Shown here: in pieces, positions 38,351 through 51,706 of the stretch
How positions within the stretch are numbered: position 1 is the stretch's first letter
How the letters are laid out: each line of letters opens with the position of its first letter
From: Torpedo marmorata
Lineage: Eukaryota
DNA: 64,000 nt
NCBI GenBank assembly: GCA_977017645.1
Contig: OZ360219.1
Span: forward strand, 259,222,001 to 259,286,000
Direction of reading: 5' to 3'
Notes under the pieces: model-generated
Told to the model about the DNA's origin: nothing
The model's database searches: none
The model's input: only the letters and a program-made list of their open reading frames with translations
Made by a program: the position numbers and the translations under genes

Positions 38351-40941
38351 GCTGAGGTAAAGCATCAGACATAATCTTGAATGAAGGAGCAGGAACAAGG
38401 ACCCAAAAGGCCAATACCTGCTTCTATTTCTTATGTACTTATGTGATCCTTTCTTAAACTCATGTATCTGGATGCAAACATATTTGTTGATACTCATGAT
38501 ATATGCTATGTATTCATTTCTAAAATTTCATTCTGTTGAAGTCCATGGATCTGTGTACACTACCATACCTCACATTTAGCACATCCCATCAAATGCAGGA
38601 TTCTACCTTATTAAGTCCAAGTTTCTATCTTACTAAGCAGGACTCTACCTTACTAAGTTAATGGTCAGAGAAATCCTATCCCCTATCGAGATGGAACGCC
38701 AACAAAAGCTTTGATATACAATGCAACCCATTATTTTCTAACATGGCAACTGGTATTCTGTTATTAGACTCCTATTTTCAATTTCAATGAGTTTTTTTTA
38801 TCTGACTCAGGGACTCGACATACTCCAGCAGTCAGCCCTCTTACTGTTTCTCTGTCTATTTTATGTTATTGTGTTAACTGTTAAATTCAGGGCCAATATT
38901 GTCTTGGTGGACGTGACACAGATGGTGCTTCCTTGAGTTGGTGATGGCACTTAATTCATTGCCCACTATTTCTACTCCTGTTCACCAGGCTAGAGGCGAT
39001 ACAATTCAGCCTGTGCAATCGGCAGACAAATATGGTGAGGACATAATGCAGCTATCTTACACATTACTGTAAAAACACACATTGTCTGAATATAGTATAA
39101 CATAATATTAATTATAATCAGATGGTAATCTTTTGTGAAACTCATTACCATTTCATATTTGAAATAAAGTTGTCCAAATGTAATTTTGTGAGTGCACCAA
39201 TCATGGACACAGTTGTCAACCCATTAATGTCCATTTGTCATATATTATTAGATGTTCTATTATTTAGGTGATAAGGCCCCTCTCGGCTCCAGCTGTGCTG
39301 TAATCTCCAACTTAATTTCCAGTGATAGTTGGAGTGTCAGTACTTGACAAATTACTCCTTTTGTCTGGTTGATATCTCTGCTGCAACAAAATTTGCAAGA
39401 ATTGGCTGATAAGCAAAAAGTCGCAGTAATTACTCTCAGTGCACAAAATTCTCTCATATCGCACTTTCGTGCAAATACAGTTGAGACCTCCAGCAGTGGC
39501 TAATAATCACAGTCTGTCTTCTTACATCAAATATTTTGAGTTATGTATGACTCCTACTTTACTGGTCTGGAATTGAACTCTGAACATTTGATGAGCTTTA
39601 TTTAAAAAATCCAGACAACTTTGCCAACTGGTTTTTTTTAACTTTGGCAGTGTACAGTATTATAAAAAAGGGCAATGTTTTATTTCCCTGATCTTTGGTT
39701 TTTGCTCCAGTTTCAATTCTACTGAAAAGCAAATTGATTAAATGTATAAAAGAACACCAATATGTTGTTTTACATTTTATGCCTCAACAAGATTGAAAAT
39801 TGTTTTTTTTAAATTAACCTACTTGTTTTTCTTCTCTCAGTTGAAATGCTTTCAAAGATGTTCAAGTGTAAACCAAATGTATACATTATTAAAATCTACA
39901 ATATATATGTATTTACAATATGTTTCAAGGCATTAAAATCTCTAACTCAAATGTTCTGTAAATCAATCACTTTTATTTTTATTGTGTTATTTGAATAGAA
40001 TTTCCTATTATTTAATGAATCTTTGGAAGAAGTAGCATCCTTTGGTAATGCACACTGAGCAGATTCCATAAGTTCACAAATGGTATGTTTTAAAATAAGC
40101 TGAACACTGCAGTTCAGTTGTGCATCATGGTCCTTTATGTGAAGGCAGTTACCAGAAGAACTGAGAAAGTGGGAATAAATGTGAATGCAATATGAATAGT
40201 TTTAACTGTAAGCAGCAGATGGCTGATAGTAACTAACATGATTGTAATTCAATCAAACTTTTCTGATGTGATCATAAACTGTGAAAATGATGCTTGAGTG
40301 GTTTATGAAGATTTTTAGAGGTTGATTTATGTCCATCACTTCAGTTGCCATTTTCTCAATATAGTACATACATTGAGAAGTTAAATTGAAGAAAAACAGT
40401 GATTTTTTTTAACCATTTGCCTGCCAGCTGTGGCCATATGGCATAAATATAAATGTACCAATAATAAGGTGCATTTCTCCCATTAGTGTAAATACTTCCA
40501 TTATGTGCATGCACTAGCCAGAAAATATAATCAGTCTGGAGTATAAGGTAGTGACCCAGATTGTACAGATCATAAACCTCTGTATCATGCCTTAGTATTA
40601 ACATTTACATTTGCTGCAGTATTATATACAGCTATTGTCTTTATTTCTTCAAACAGAAAATAATCTTTAAATAAATGATATTATTTCACATGATTAGACA
40701 GATCAATATCTAAGGAATTTAAACAAGTTAATAAAAAAACATTTTACATTGAGAATGGCATTGTCTATCCATGACTGATGTGCAAATCATGTCAGATATA
40801 CAATGATGAAACAGTCCAAGAAAACACTGCTTGGCACAAAACAATCGGGGAATGATCAGTATCACGTTTCATTCTCGGTAAATTCATCTTGCAATTGAAT
40901 AATGCTGAAAAATACATAGAACCCTACTTGACTGAATATCT

Positions 40942-41212
40942 AATTTTTTAATTTTTTAATTTTTTTTTAGACATGCAGCACGCTAACAGGACATTTCGGC
41001 CCACGAGTCCGTGCCGCCCAATTTACACCCAATTATCCTACACTCCCGGTATGTTTCGAGTGGTGGGAGGAAACCAGAGTCCCCAGGGAAAACCCATGCA
41101 GACACAGGGAGAACGTACAAACTCCTTACAGACAGCGCGGGATTCGAACCCTTGTCCCGATCGCTGGCGCTGTAAAGGCGTTGCGCTAACCGCTACGCCA
41201 ACTGTGCCGCCC
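40942..41212 (-). mobile_element. HE1-like SINE
   Basis: Full-length head, core and tail. Confidence 0.88.
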
Positions 41213-41630
41213 ATCTTCCCAATTACCTCTGCATAACAGCAAGGTACGTCCTTTCACCATTTAAATAATGATCTAATCTATTTTTCCTTCCAAAGTAGAC
41301 AACCTTGCATTTGCCAACATTGTATTCCATTAGCCAGATGCTTGCTCTGCCCTTGTCATCTTCTGAGACAATCTAAAAGGAACATCAGGAACACTATGCA
41401 AATGTAATTCTGCATTTTTGTATTTTTTTAAGGCAAACTCTTGAGACTGCCAGTTAGACCCCTGTGCTTATTGTTCAGAAAAATTGAAGATTGCTCAGGA
41501 GCATGAATTGTGCAGTTCCTCACAGATATCAACCAATCACAGGATCTACTATGGTCCCTGATTATTTTAAGCATTCATTGTGATCTGAGGAAAGATAACT
41601 GAGTCCAACTTAAGGAGCTAACTCAATTAC

Positions 41631-41735
41631 CTTCAACAGATACATTTACTGGTAAAGAATGCTTTTTAAATTCTTTCCATTCCTTTTCCAGTAAGCTTTG
41701 TGATTCTGAAATATGTGTCATTTTGTTCCTTTTAT
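41631..41735 (-). CDS. Candidate host exon (105 nt, phase 1-1): DKRNKMTHISESQSLLEKEWKEFKKHSLPVNVSVE
   Basis: Acceptor tttatttttattgctcag|, donor gaag|gtaatt, open frame. No family recognised and no partner exons found. Confidence 0.3.
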
Positions 41736-41917
41736 CTGAGCAATAAAAATAAACATTCTTCCCTGAGAGAGAACATATCGAGGAGGTACAGTGGATGAAT
41801 TTGATCAATAAAAAAAGGTATCGTTCTACAGGAGGCACAGAGATAGGAGAAGGCGGAGCTGAGCAGAAGATTCCAAAAAGACCAGAAGTGGGGTGAGTGC
41901 TGGTCATTGTTCCACAG

Positions 41918-42735
41918 GACAGGGCAAGCATCTGGCTGATGGAATACAATGTTGGCAAATGCAAGGTTGTCTACTTTGGAAGGAAAAATAGATCAGATCA
42001 TTATTTAAATGGTGAAAGATCGCACCCTGCTGTTGTGCAGAGGTAATTGGGAATCCTGGTGCATCAATGGCAAAAGGTTGGATTGCAGGTGCAGCAGGTA
42101 ATCAAGAAGGCAAATGGAATGTTGGCCTTCATTGCTAGAGGGATTGAATTTAAGAGCAGGGAGGTTCTGCTGCAACTGTACAGGACACCTGAAGTACTGT
42201 GAGGCTGCACCTGGAATACTGTGTGCAGTTCTGGTCTTCTTATTTGAGAAAATATATGCTGGCCTTGGATGTGTTGCAAAGAAGGTTCACAAGGTTGATT
42301 CCAGAAAAGAGGAGGTTAGCCTATGAGGAGAGATTGAGTTGTCTGGGACTATACACGCTAGAATTCAGAAGAATGAGAGGGGATCTTATAGAAATATATA
42401 AAGTTATGAGAACGATGGATAATATTCGGGTAAGAAAGTTGTTCCACTTGTAGATGAGACTAGAACTAGGGACATAGCATCAATATCCAGGGGAGTAGAT
42501 TTAGGACAGAGAGAGGAGGAACTGCTTTTCCCAGACAGTAGTGAACCTGTGGAATTCTCTACCCAAGGAAACAGTAGTGGCTGCCTCATTAAATATATTT
42601 AAGATAGATTTTTACCTAGTAGGGGAAGTGATGTGATGGGGAAGAGGCAGGGAGGTTGAGCTAAGTACACAGCCACATCTTATTGAATGGCAGAGCAGGC
42701 TCGACGGGCCAAATGACCTACTCCTGCTCCTATTT
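41918..42735 (+). mobile_element. 5'-truncated CR1 3' part, with an inverted copy of its 5' end at 41216-41352
   Basis: ORF 42199 RLHLEYCVQFWS..LGLYTLEFRRMRGDLIE; CR1 3'UTR. Confidence 0.88.
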
Positions 42736-42896
42736 TTAATACTATTTTTTTATAATATTTTAATTATCAATAATAAATTTAATAATAATATTTTTTATTT
42801 TAAAATGTCCAACAATAATATTAAAAATAACTTTTATTAATAATTTAATGAAAATTTCATTATTAATAAATTAATGATAATAAATTTAATATTTTA

Positions 42897-43143
42897 TTAA
42901 TAAATTTAGACATACAGCACGGTAACAGGCCCTTCGGCCCATGAGCCCGTGCTGTCCAATTGCACCCAATTGAACTACAACCCCCGGTACGTTTTGAAGG
43001 GTGGGAGGAAACCGGAGTGCCCGGAGAAAACCCACGCAGACACGGGGAGAACGTACAAACTCCTACAGACAGCGTGGGATTCGAACCGCAGTCCCGATCG
43101 CTGGCGCTGTAGCAGTGTTGCGCTAACCACTACGCTAACCGTC
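42897..43143 (-). mobile_element. HE1-like SINE, with an expanded AT-rich tail region at about 42740-42900
   Basis: Core and B box match the other copies. Confidence 0.85.
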
Positions 43144-44144
43144 CTTGTTTGGGTCTAATTACATCTTTCTCTTTTATAAAAATTCTTCAGTTCTTATAAG
43201 ATGTCAGTAGTTCCCAGATGGTATATTGGAAAGCCCACAAAGAAGTAGAGAACAAACATAGATAGTTGACAGACAATTCTGCAAGCAACATGACCTATGA
43301 ACAAAAGAGTAATTGCAGTATTAAATACTACAGTACAGGCATAAATATAATTCTCATTTAGTTTCTTTGGAATAATACACTGAAGAAAATAATCCTATTA
43401 AAAAAAATCAATATACTAGAAATATATTTCTTAATGGTCATGGTATCTCCAAACTATTACACAGCAAAGTGACTGGAAGTAAGATTATGTGGAATAAAAT
43501 AAGGCGATTGGGTCCAAAAAGACTTCTCACAAGTGTCTTCTTCCTTCAGAAGTAAAGCTAATCATCTCTTGAAATGATTTATTCTACTCATCTCAAAAAA
43601 ACGTCAGCTGCCTCTGGAAAGTCCTTAGATAGCTTTTTTCCCATTCATTCACAGGATGCTGACTTCCCTTACAAAGCCATCATTTACTGTCCATCCTCAA
43701 AAGACCTTTGAATTCAGTCAGAGTCAGACTTGTACTGCGCAGCAATGGGCCCAATGGTCGTCCATACCCATGCCCATCAATGTTAATCCCATTTCTCTCA
43801 CTGAGTCCTTTTTAGAAATGAAAAATGGCCGATGGAATTTAATGCAGACAAGTGTGAGGTGTTGCATTTTGGAAGGACAAACCAAGAAAGGACATACACG
43901 GTAAATAGTAGGGCCAGGCTCGGCATCATGGGGGGGGGGCATTCGCGGGACATGCCCCCCGAAATGAGTTATTGTGCCCCCCCACCCACCACATTTCCAC
44001 AAACCCCTCCACAAAGAATGAGGAAATCCTCCCGTGTTGGCTCTTCTTGTAGGTTCTGCAGGAATGTGGAGAGGCGCTTTTCATTGGTGGAGCAGCGCTT
44101 CATCTCATTGGTGATATGTAAAAGCCCAATCAGACAGATGGCTC

Positions 44145-44640
44145 TAGTTTCTAAAAATTGCCTTAGCAGTATTTAGGAAATGTATTGCTATAACTTGGAA
44201 ATCAGATATAGACTAAGAAATGGAGAGATGGAATGTGGAAATTTGTAGTTGTATACCACTTGAGAAAATTACATATAGCTTAAGGAATAGATACCATATA
44301 TTTTGGAAAATATGGTGCCCATATTTGCAGAGTGTTGGAGTGAATGTTTAATCATTTCTCTGGTAACCTCAATCCTTGGTGAACTCCTTTATTTTATGAT
44401 AAATATGATTTCTGGAAAAGGACTCTCTTGACAATCTCCGATCTTTCTTCTTATATCTTGTATCTTTTTCATTCTTTCTTCCTTCTTTCTTGGGGCTTTA
44501 GGGGGAGGGGGGTGGGGGGAACGGGATATATATATATATATATATATACCACATGTATAATGGATTAGACTATTTTAAAGATTTGTATTGTAAATTCTTT
44601 TGGTGGTTACAAAAATAAAAAAAATCTTTATATAAAAAAA
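44145..44640 (+). mobile_element. L1/Tx1-type LINE 3' end
   Basis: CIPLEKITYSLRNRYHIFWKIWCPY ORF2 C-terminus, A-rich tail, 13-bp TSD AGACAGATGGCTC (44132-44144, 44641-44653). Confidence 0.85.
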
Positions 44641-45142
44641 AGACAGATGGCTCATTCACCAATGATCAAAGAACAAAACAACAACCGCGGAAAATAACCG
44701 GCAATCCCCAAATTTTAAAAGCCCACCAAAGATAAAAACGTCTGAAAAGTAGACAAAAAACACAAATCCATTATCGAGTGTGAGTTCATTCCAGGATGAG
44801 AGAAGCTGCTAATTGAATTATCCCATGTTTTGGAACCTCTCCCCGATCGTAACAAATGCCGACTAGTTGCGGTCGTTCTTTGTGGGAACAGAATTAGACT
44901 ATACGGGTCCCTCTTTCACAACCTGCTGTCGGAGCCACAACAGCAATGTGAACACTTACTGTTGTGTGGGATAGAAAATGGGATTGAGGGAGCTTAGAAA
45001 TAGACCGCAGTCACTGCAGGGTACTCCACAATTAAAACATCAGCACAGCGTTAAACTGAACATTGCTCACATTAATGCGCTCCGAATGAAAAGTTCTTGA
45101 AACAGACTGTTGGAAGAGATCAGGGGAACGCGAGTTTGGAAT

Positions 45143-45350
45143 AATTTTTAAATTTAAATTTAGACATACAGCACGGTAACAGGCCCTATCAGCCCATGAG
45201 CCCGTGCTGCCCAATTACACCAAATTGCCCTACACCCCCGGTATGTTTTGAAGGGTGGGAGGAAACCGGAGCCCCCGGGGAAAACCCATGCAGACACGGG
45301 GAGAACGTACAAACTCCTTACAGACAGTGCTGGATTCGAACCCCAGTCCC
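45143..45350 (-). mobile_element. 5'-truncated HE1-like SINE
   Basis: Core and tail match the other copies. Confidence 0.85.
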
Positions 45351-46016
45351 AATCAATGGCCATACCGAATAATCGACGTTTCGGGTCGGACTCTGGAGAT
45401 GGAAAGTATAGTGGGAGAAGAAATCGAAGGACTAGACGTCCTGATGGGGGTGAAGGTTCCGTGTCGGTGCAGAGAGCAGGAGTGCAAAAGTGATACCAGG
45501 ATGAAACCAGCAGTGCCACCGCTAATCTCGGTCAACATGAATACAATGAGATTCATCTGTCGAAGCAGAAATGCCGAAATAATTGCAATAACTCTGTTTC
45601 GAAATGCGAATACAATTCTTTCAGCGGTGTCACCAAAATGATTCACGTGGTTTCGTCTCAACGCCGGAGGGATGGGGAAAGTGTGACGGCACTGCGGACG
45701 GAGGAGATCCATGGCAGGTATGGCACCCACTCCCACCCCACCCCCCCTCGCTGAGTGAGTTATCAAACAGCAGTTTGTGCCCCCCCGCGGTTACCCTAAT
45801 GCTCCCCGATTAGATCTCTTCTGATGCCAACTCTGGGTAGGGCACTGAGGAGTGTGGAAGAACAAAGGGATCTGGGAATACAGACACACAATTCCCTGAA
45901 AGTGGCATCACAGTTGCATAGGGTTGTAAAGAGAGTGTTTGGCATATTGGCCTTCATAAATCAAAGTATTGAGTATAGGAGTTGGGATGTTATGGTAAAG
46001 TTGTATATGACATTGG

Positions 46017-46671
46017 TGTTATATGTGGATTGTGGAGGAACACGTGGCCTCCCTATCTGAAACATAGTGGATTGCAGAGGGTCACATGTCCTCCCTGTCT
46101 GAAACTTATTCGAAAGTCGCATCACCTGTCAATCAAGATTGGACTCAGGCCACCCATTAGTGCACACCATACCGTTGGCTCATTTAAACGACTCAGTGTC
46201 ATCATTGGCCAGATGCCCAGCTCGGAAGAATATAAAACATAGATGCATAGCACATTTCTCTCTCTCTGCCTCGTGGTCCAAGCCCCGGACATCGCTTCAC
46301 GCCAGGTTGCTACATCACTGGAGGAGTCGCACTACACTTAAGTTGAGCAGTAATACTGCAATAGATCAGTGCTTGCAGAGAGCCGCACCTCCGTTGGTAC
46401 AGGGAATCAGGAGTGTGTTTGAAAGTCCCTGTCTGTGAAGTGTGTACACGTGCGGGAGAGTGTAGAAGATAGGCGGCCACTGGTATCAGAGTCCAACCTG
46501 GGTCCGATGTGAATGTCTATATAGTTATTTAGTAGTAGAGTAATTAAGTATCGTTTGACATCTTCCCCTGTTTGTCTCCTGTGTGTTCAATAAAGTTACC
46601 TTTGATTGTAACACTTGTGTCCAGACTCGTCTCTCTGTGAACCCACCAAACCTGATACATTCCAAACATAA
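46017..46671 (+). repeat. ERV 5' LTR
   Basis: tgttatatgtgg...; TATA-like tataaaa at about 46231; AATAAA at about 46589. The terminal CA seen in the 3' LTR is missing here. Confidence 0.9.
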
Positions 46672-46672
46672 T

Positions 46673-46690
46673 TGGCGCTGCGAGCAGGGT
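46673..46690 (+). promoter_or_regulatory. Primer binding site, tRNA-Ser-like
   Basis: TGGCGCTGCGAGCAGGGT is close to the complement of vertebrate tRNA-Ser(UGA/CGA) 3' ends, as recalled rather than searched. Confidence 0.75.
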
Positions 46691-46794
46691 TCAAAGAGTT
46701 TCAGCTGGACACACATGGAGTACTAAACATGTGGGAGATTGTGCTAGCGAGTGTATGTGTGGGTGTCCTGTCGGGTGCATGCGTTATTGTATGG

Positions 46795-46933
46795 AAGTAA
46801 ACACGAAAATCTGTAGACACCGTAATAATGTAGTAAAAAACACAAAAGCTGGAGAACTCAGCAGGTCAAACAGTGTCTTTTATGTAGCAAAGGTAGAAAT
46901 ACATAACCGACGTTTCGGGCTTGAGCCCTTCAT
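46795..46933 (-). mobile_element. Penelope terminal-repeat fragment inserted in the ERV leader/gag start
   Basis: Reverse-complement match to 55710-55800; partial hammerhead-like motif gaagggctcaagcccgaaac. Confidence 0.75.
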
Positions 46934-46939
46934 ACCTGC

Positions 46940-48648
46940 TCACCAATGGGTGCAGCAGGAGGCGACCCACAGCTAGCAAAGGAACCCTGGGGTCGGAATA
47001 TAAAATCCCTAGGTGGACTGACGACCATCAGGGGTTCAGACATTTGGCGGCATGACTGGCAAGCCTCGCCATGCCAGTCGACTGGATTGACAGGCTGGAT
47101 CCCCACAGTAAGAAGATAGGGCACCATGTGGTCTCCCTCCTGGAGGAATCTGGTTTTCACGAGGCCAGGGGAGTCGTGGGGGAGCCCTATGGTTACTGAT
47201 ATCCCTACTTAGGCGCCAGTGGGGTTTCACGTCCTATTTAAGTAATCAGGGCGCCCAGAAAGATGAACAGATTGAATCACTAAAGCTCCATCGCGGGTCC
47301 CTGCAGGAGGCATTGTCGCTACCAGGGCGCGTATCAGCAGCTTGGAGGTTAGGTACACTGAAGCTGCCTGACAGCTAGTCAAAGCGTGGCAGCTTCAGGC
47401 GGCCTGCCGATCCGGCTGGCAGGTCGATCCTGTAAAAATCAGAACCATTTTCATGCGCGATGAAGAGAGTGATGCGTGGTCGGGAGATGGAAATGTGTGG
47501 CTAGACAATGATGACTTTGAGGAGGGTGAGTCCGATTACGCGTGCCCCCCACCCCCTGCGTCCCGGAGACCTTACAAGCCCAGCCGGTAACCACATGGTC
47601 CCAGACCCGCCACGAGTACCCCCGTCAGCCTTCCACAATGGGGAAATTCCCGAGAACGGAGAGCAGGTGACGAGATCATAGAGATCCGCGAATACTCCGC
47701 CAAGGAGTTGGCCGGGCTGGCGGACAGATGCCGCCAGCGGTCGGGGTCGCATTTAGCTGCATGTCTACTCCGGCTGTGGGACGAGGGGGGCTCCCCATAT
47801 TCGCCTCTCCTACCAAGAGGCCAGCACTCTGGGAAGTCTGTCCACGCAGCAGACGGTCAACAATTCCCTGCGGGTGCCGCCTGAAGGGATCGACGAGGGG
47901 ACCACTCTGTGATCGGGTGGTGACTGCGGTGCGGGCCAGGTTCCACACACTTTTGGAGTGGGACCTGACGTGCCGACAGCAGAGGCACACAGTCAATGAG
48001 GGCACGAGGGTCATTAGGGAATGGACCCTTATTACTAGCCTCTACGTCAGGGCGCAACCTCCCTGAGGACACCAGGGTAACCTCCGCCTTGGTGGGGCAC
48101 TTAGTTACCACCGTCCGTCCCGACCTCAGAAGGGTGGTCTTGCTCTTGATGGGACCGGCAACTGGCAAAACCGTCTGGGAAGCCATTGCCCTTCTGGAGG
48201 GGCTAGAATATTTGGAACGGGAAGCACCTGCCCAGGGAGTACCCGCACAGGTTTGCCGTGTGGAACAAGGCACGGTGATGGAAAGAATGGTGAGATCGCA
48301 TACCCCGTGTCCCGCAGGGACATGTACTATGCCCTAACGCGTGTTGGCGTAGACCGTGCCCGCATACATGGCATCTCTACCCCTGCCATGTTCGCGATGT
48401 GGCAGGAGTACTGCGGGAAAAATCTGCGAAAACCCGCACCGCCCACCACGTCACCCACCGCACCACCCACCATGCTGCCCACCGCGCCCCCCACTACGCA
48501 GCCTTTTGTTCCTCCCTCAGCTGAGGTGGCCCCTGCTGCCCTCATGGCAGAGATTATCTCACTGTTGCGACAGGAAATCGCCAACAATAGCGCACAGTCG
48601 CAGCAGACACCCCCCGCTGCGTGGAACAATCCCGTTCCTGCCCCATAG
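46940..48648 (+). pseudogene. ERV gag (frameshifted)
   Basis: IREYSAKELAGLADRCRQRSGSHLAACLLRLWDEGG (about 47675-47791) is a class III gag signature; also VSRRDMYYALTRVGVDRARIHG and a proline-rich tail. Start is approximate. Confidence 0.8.
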
Positions 48649-51600
48649 GATGGAGGCCAGGGACCCCGGTGTATCGGTTCAGCGGTCCTGTCCCGCCCGT
48701 GTGACCCGAGGACATTTATCCCAGTGGCCGTCCACTGGGAAAAGGGAAATACCCAGCGCTGGATGGAGCAGGTCGACATCGGGGCAGACACCGGGAATCC
48801 TGAGGGGTGGAGGGGGCCCAAAGTTAGTATAGAGGGGCTAGGGGGCTCCATCCTCTCTGCCAGAGAGGTCACTATCCACCTCTCCGTCGGCAGCGAGCCT
48901 CCCCGTCCCATCCCGGTCCTGGTAGCAGCCTCCCCCGAGTGAATTTTCGGAATGAATGTGCTCAAGGGGCAGTCACCGCGTACCAGCAAGGGGACATTTA
49001 CATTTGGGGTTGCCCAGGTAACCATTGTCGTCGGGGCGGCCAAATGGACTCCCCTTGTCATCGTTCTCCACCCCCCCCCCCCCCCCGAGGTAGTCTGCAC
49101 CCACCAGTGTCGGGTGCCGGGAGGCAATGAGGAGATCGCAGAAGTGATTGATGCCCTCCTCAATGAGGGGGTGATCAGACCCGCCTGTCTGGCCCATCCT
49201 CAAGAAGAATGGCACGTAGTGCATGACAATAGATTACCGCAAATTAAATAATTCCCCCCCCCCCCACCCTCGCCGCAGCCATTCCCGATGTGGTCACGTT
49301 GGTTGAGGATATCTCAGGCAGGGACAGCAAACCCTGGTATGTTATTGCGGATCTCGCCAATGCATTTTTCTCTATCCCCTTAAGCCCCGACTCCCAGGAT
49401 CAGTTTGCCTTCACATGGGGTGGCACGCAATACACTTTTTGTTGCCTATCCCAGGGATATCTCCATAGTCCCACCCTCTGACATGGGTTCATAGCCTGCA
49501 ACCTAAAAAATATTGCCCCTCCCCCCCCCCCCCCCCCCCCATCGACGTGTCATTACATTGATGACATTCTGATCCAGGGCCCCACGGAGGAGACATGAGC
49601 GCAGGAACTGGACTCCCTCATCTCTGTGCTCCATACTCATGGCTGGGTGATCAATCGGGAAAAAATACAGGGTCCCAGCCAGACGGTTCTCTTCCTGGGA
49701 ATCCAGTGGCACTTAGGCCAGAGGAATATCCCGGAGGCTGCAGGAAATAAAATTTTAAACACAGCACTGCCCACCAACAAAGCTGAAACAAAGTTTCGTC
49801 GGCCTTTTAGGCTACTGGTGGCAGTACATCCCCCACCTTACCATGCTGCTGTGCCCGCTGCATGCTGTCTCCAGGAAGAAGACCACATTTCACTGGGGCC
49901 CTGAGCAGCAGCTAGCATTCGAGATGGCAAAAGAAGCCTTGAAGCAGGCACTGCCGCTAGCCTCCTGACAGAACGGAGTCCCCGTTGAAATCCAGGTCTC
50001 AGCCACCACCACAACAGACGAGTGGAGCCTGTGACAGAAAATTAATGGCCACAGAGTTCCACTCGGCTTCTGGACAAAGACCCTCCCCGAGACCGCCTTC
50101 CACTACATCCCCTTCGAACGCCAGCTCCTGGCGTGCTATTTGGCTCTCCTCACCACAGAGCACCAAACGGCCAATGAGACCATAATACTCTGGCCTCACC
50201 TCCCCATTACGCGGTGGATTAAATCCTCCGATGCCACCCACAAAGAGGGTCACGCGCAGCGTTCCTCTATTTTTAAATGGCGATGATATATTGCCAACCG
50301 AGCAGAGGCAGGGCCAAAAGGAGTCAGCAGGCTGCACGAGAAAATCATGTCCCTCCCTGAGAGTCACGATCCCCTTCCCGAAATCCCCGCCGTCAATCTC
50401 AGCCAAAGAGGAACAGCAGCAAGCGTGGTACATGGACGGCTCCAGTCGATGGAAAAATGGGAAGCAGTTATGGCGAGCAGCGGCACTACACCCAGGCAGC
50501 AGTAAGATGCTAACTCAGGAAGGCACGGGGATCCAGCCAGCTCGCAGAGCTGGCTGCGGTAGCACTCGCGATTAAATCAACAACACGTCCACTCCGTATC
50601 TATACGGAATCATGGGCAGTGGTGAATGGGATGGCGGTTTGGATGCCTCGTTGGCACGACACGAGGTGGGAGATCCACAATCGCCCACTTTGGGGTCAGT
50701 AGCACTGGAGGTACATCTGGGATCAGGCTGGGCAGAGGGCACTCACGGTCCACCATGTAGAGGCCCACACCAACAGGGCCACAGCGGAGGCCATTCACAA
50801 TGCCACCGTGGACCGTGCAGCGCATATCTACACAGCCTCCATCCACTCCGATGATGTAGATTCCGGAACCCTGGCAACATGGGCCCACAGGAAGAGCGGC
50901 CACCTGGGGTCTGACAGAAAGCGACGGTGGGCAGAGGGCTTAGGGGTGGCATTAACCCAAGATTAGGTGTGGACGGCAGTAGACAATTGCACCAAATGCC
51001 AGCAGGTTAAACCGCGGGGCTGGCCAACGGGTACACATTCGGCATGGCACGGGAGCGGGCCAAGTCTGGCAAGTAGACTATGTTGGTCCTCTCCCACGCC
51101 AAAAGAGAAAGGCCTTCATACTAACGATGGTGGACACCTACTCTGGTGACCTGGTGGTAGTGACCTGCGAGCGGGCCGACCAGGACAACACCATTCGGGG
51201 ACTGAAATTCCTCTCCTCCATTTATGGAACACCATGGGAGGTACAGTCCGATCAGGGCTCACATTTACGGGGTCTAAGGTACAGAACTGTGCGACTGAGG
51301 CTGGTATCTCATGGCTGCTGCACATCCCCTACCACCCACAAGCATCAGGACTAGTTGAAAGAATGAACGGTCTCCTCAAGCAAAAGCTGCACACGCTGAC
51401 CCCTTTCGACATGCTCAAGGGGTGGCTCAGCGTGCTGCAAGAGGCGGTGGACCATCTTAATTCACGCCCCACTACACAGGGGGATCCCCGCTTTCTAGAC
51501 ATTTGGCCACATCGGCACAGCAAAAGGTAGATGAGGTTGACCTTAAGGACCCTGAGAAGTCCCGTAGGGTATGGGTGCAGCCGCCACGTACGCCCAGAAA

Positions 51601-51706
51601 GGGGGAGGTAGTTGCTCGGGGACCGGGAAGCACTCGGTGGGTTGCATTCCCGGGAGAAATGTCGTTATCATGTTTCCACACTAATAAACTCTCCAAGAGG
51701 GAATGA
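48649..51706 (+). pseudogene. ERV pro-pol (protease, RT, tether, RNase H, integrase)
   Basis: VDIGAD (PR); QCRVPGG, ADLANAFFSIPL, QFAFTW, QGYLHSP and HYIDDIL (RT); WYMDGSS (RH); WQVDYVGPLP, VDTYSG, SDQGSHF and HPQASGLVERMNG (IN); VWV..P..GEVVARGPG C-terminus. Confidence 0.92.

Larger units (their letters stand above)
43915..45835. mobile_element. Non-autonomous hAT-like DNA transposon
   Basis: 8-bp TSD (agtagggc 43907-43914, ggtagggc 45836-45843); imperfect TIRs caggctcggcatca / cagagttggcatca (11 of 14 match); tgtgccccc motifs near both ends; no transposase. Confidence 0.75.

Noticed and set aside
44650-45830. Bidirectional CpG-island promoter with first exons (donors near 44960 minus and 45717 plus)
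   Set aside because: The region lies inside a TSD/TIR-bounded transposon that splits a CR1, so a native host promoter is unlikely.
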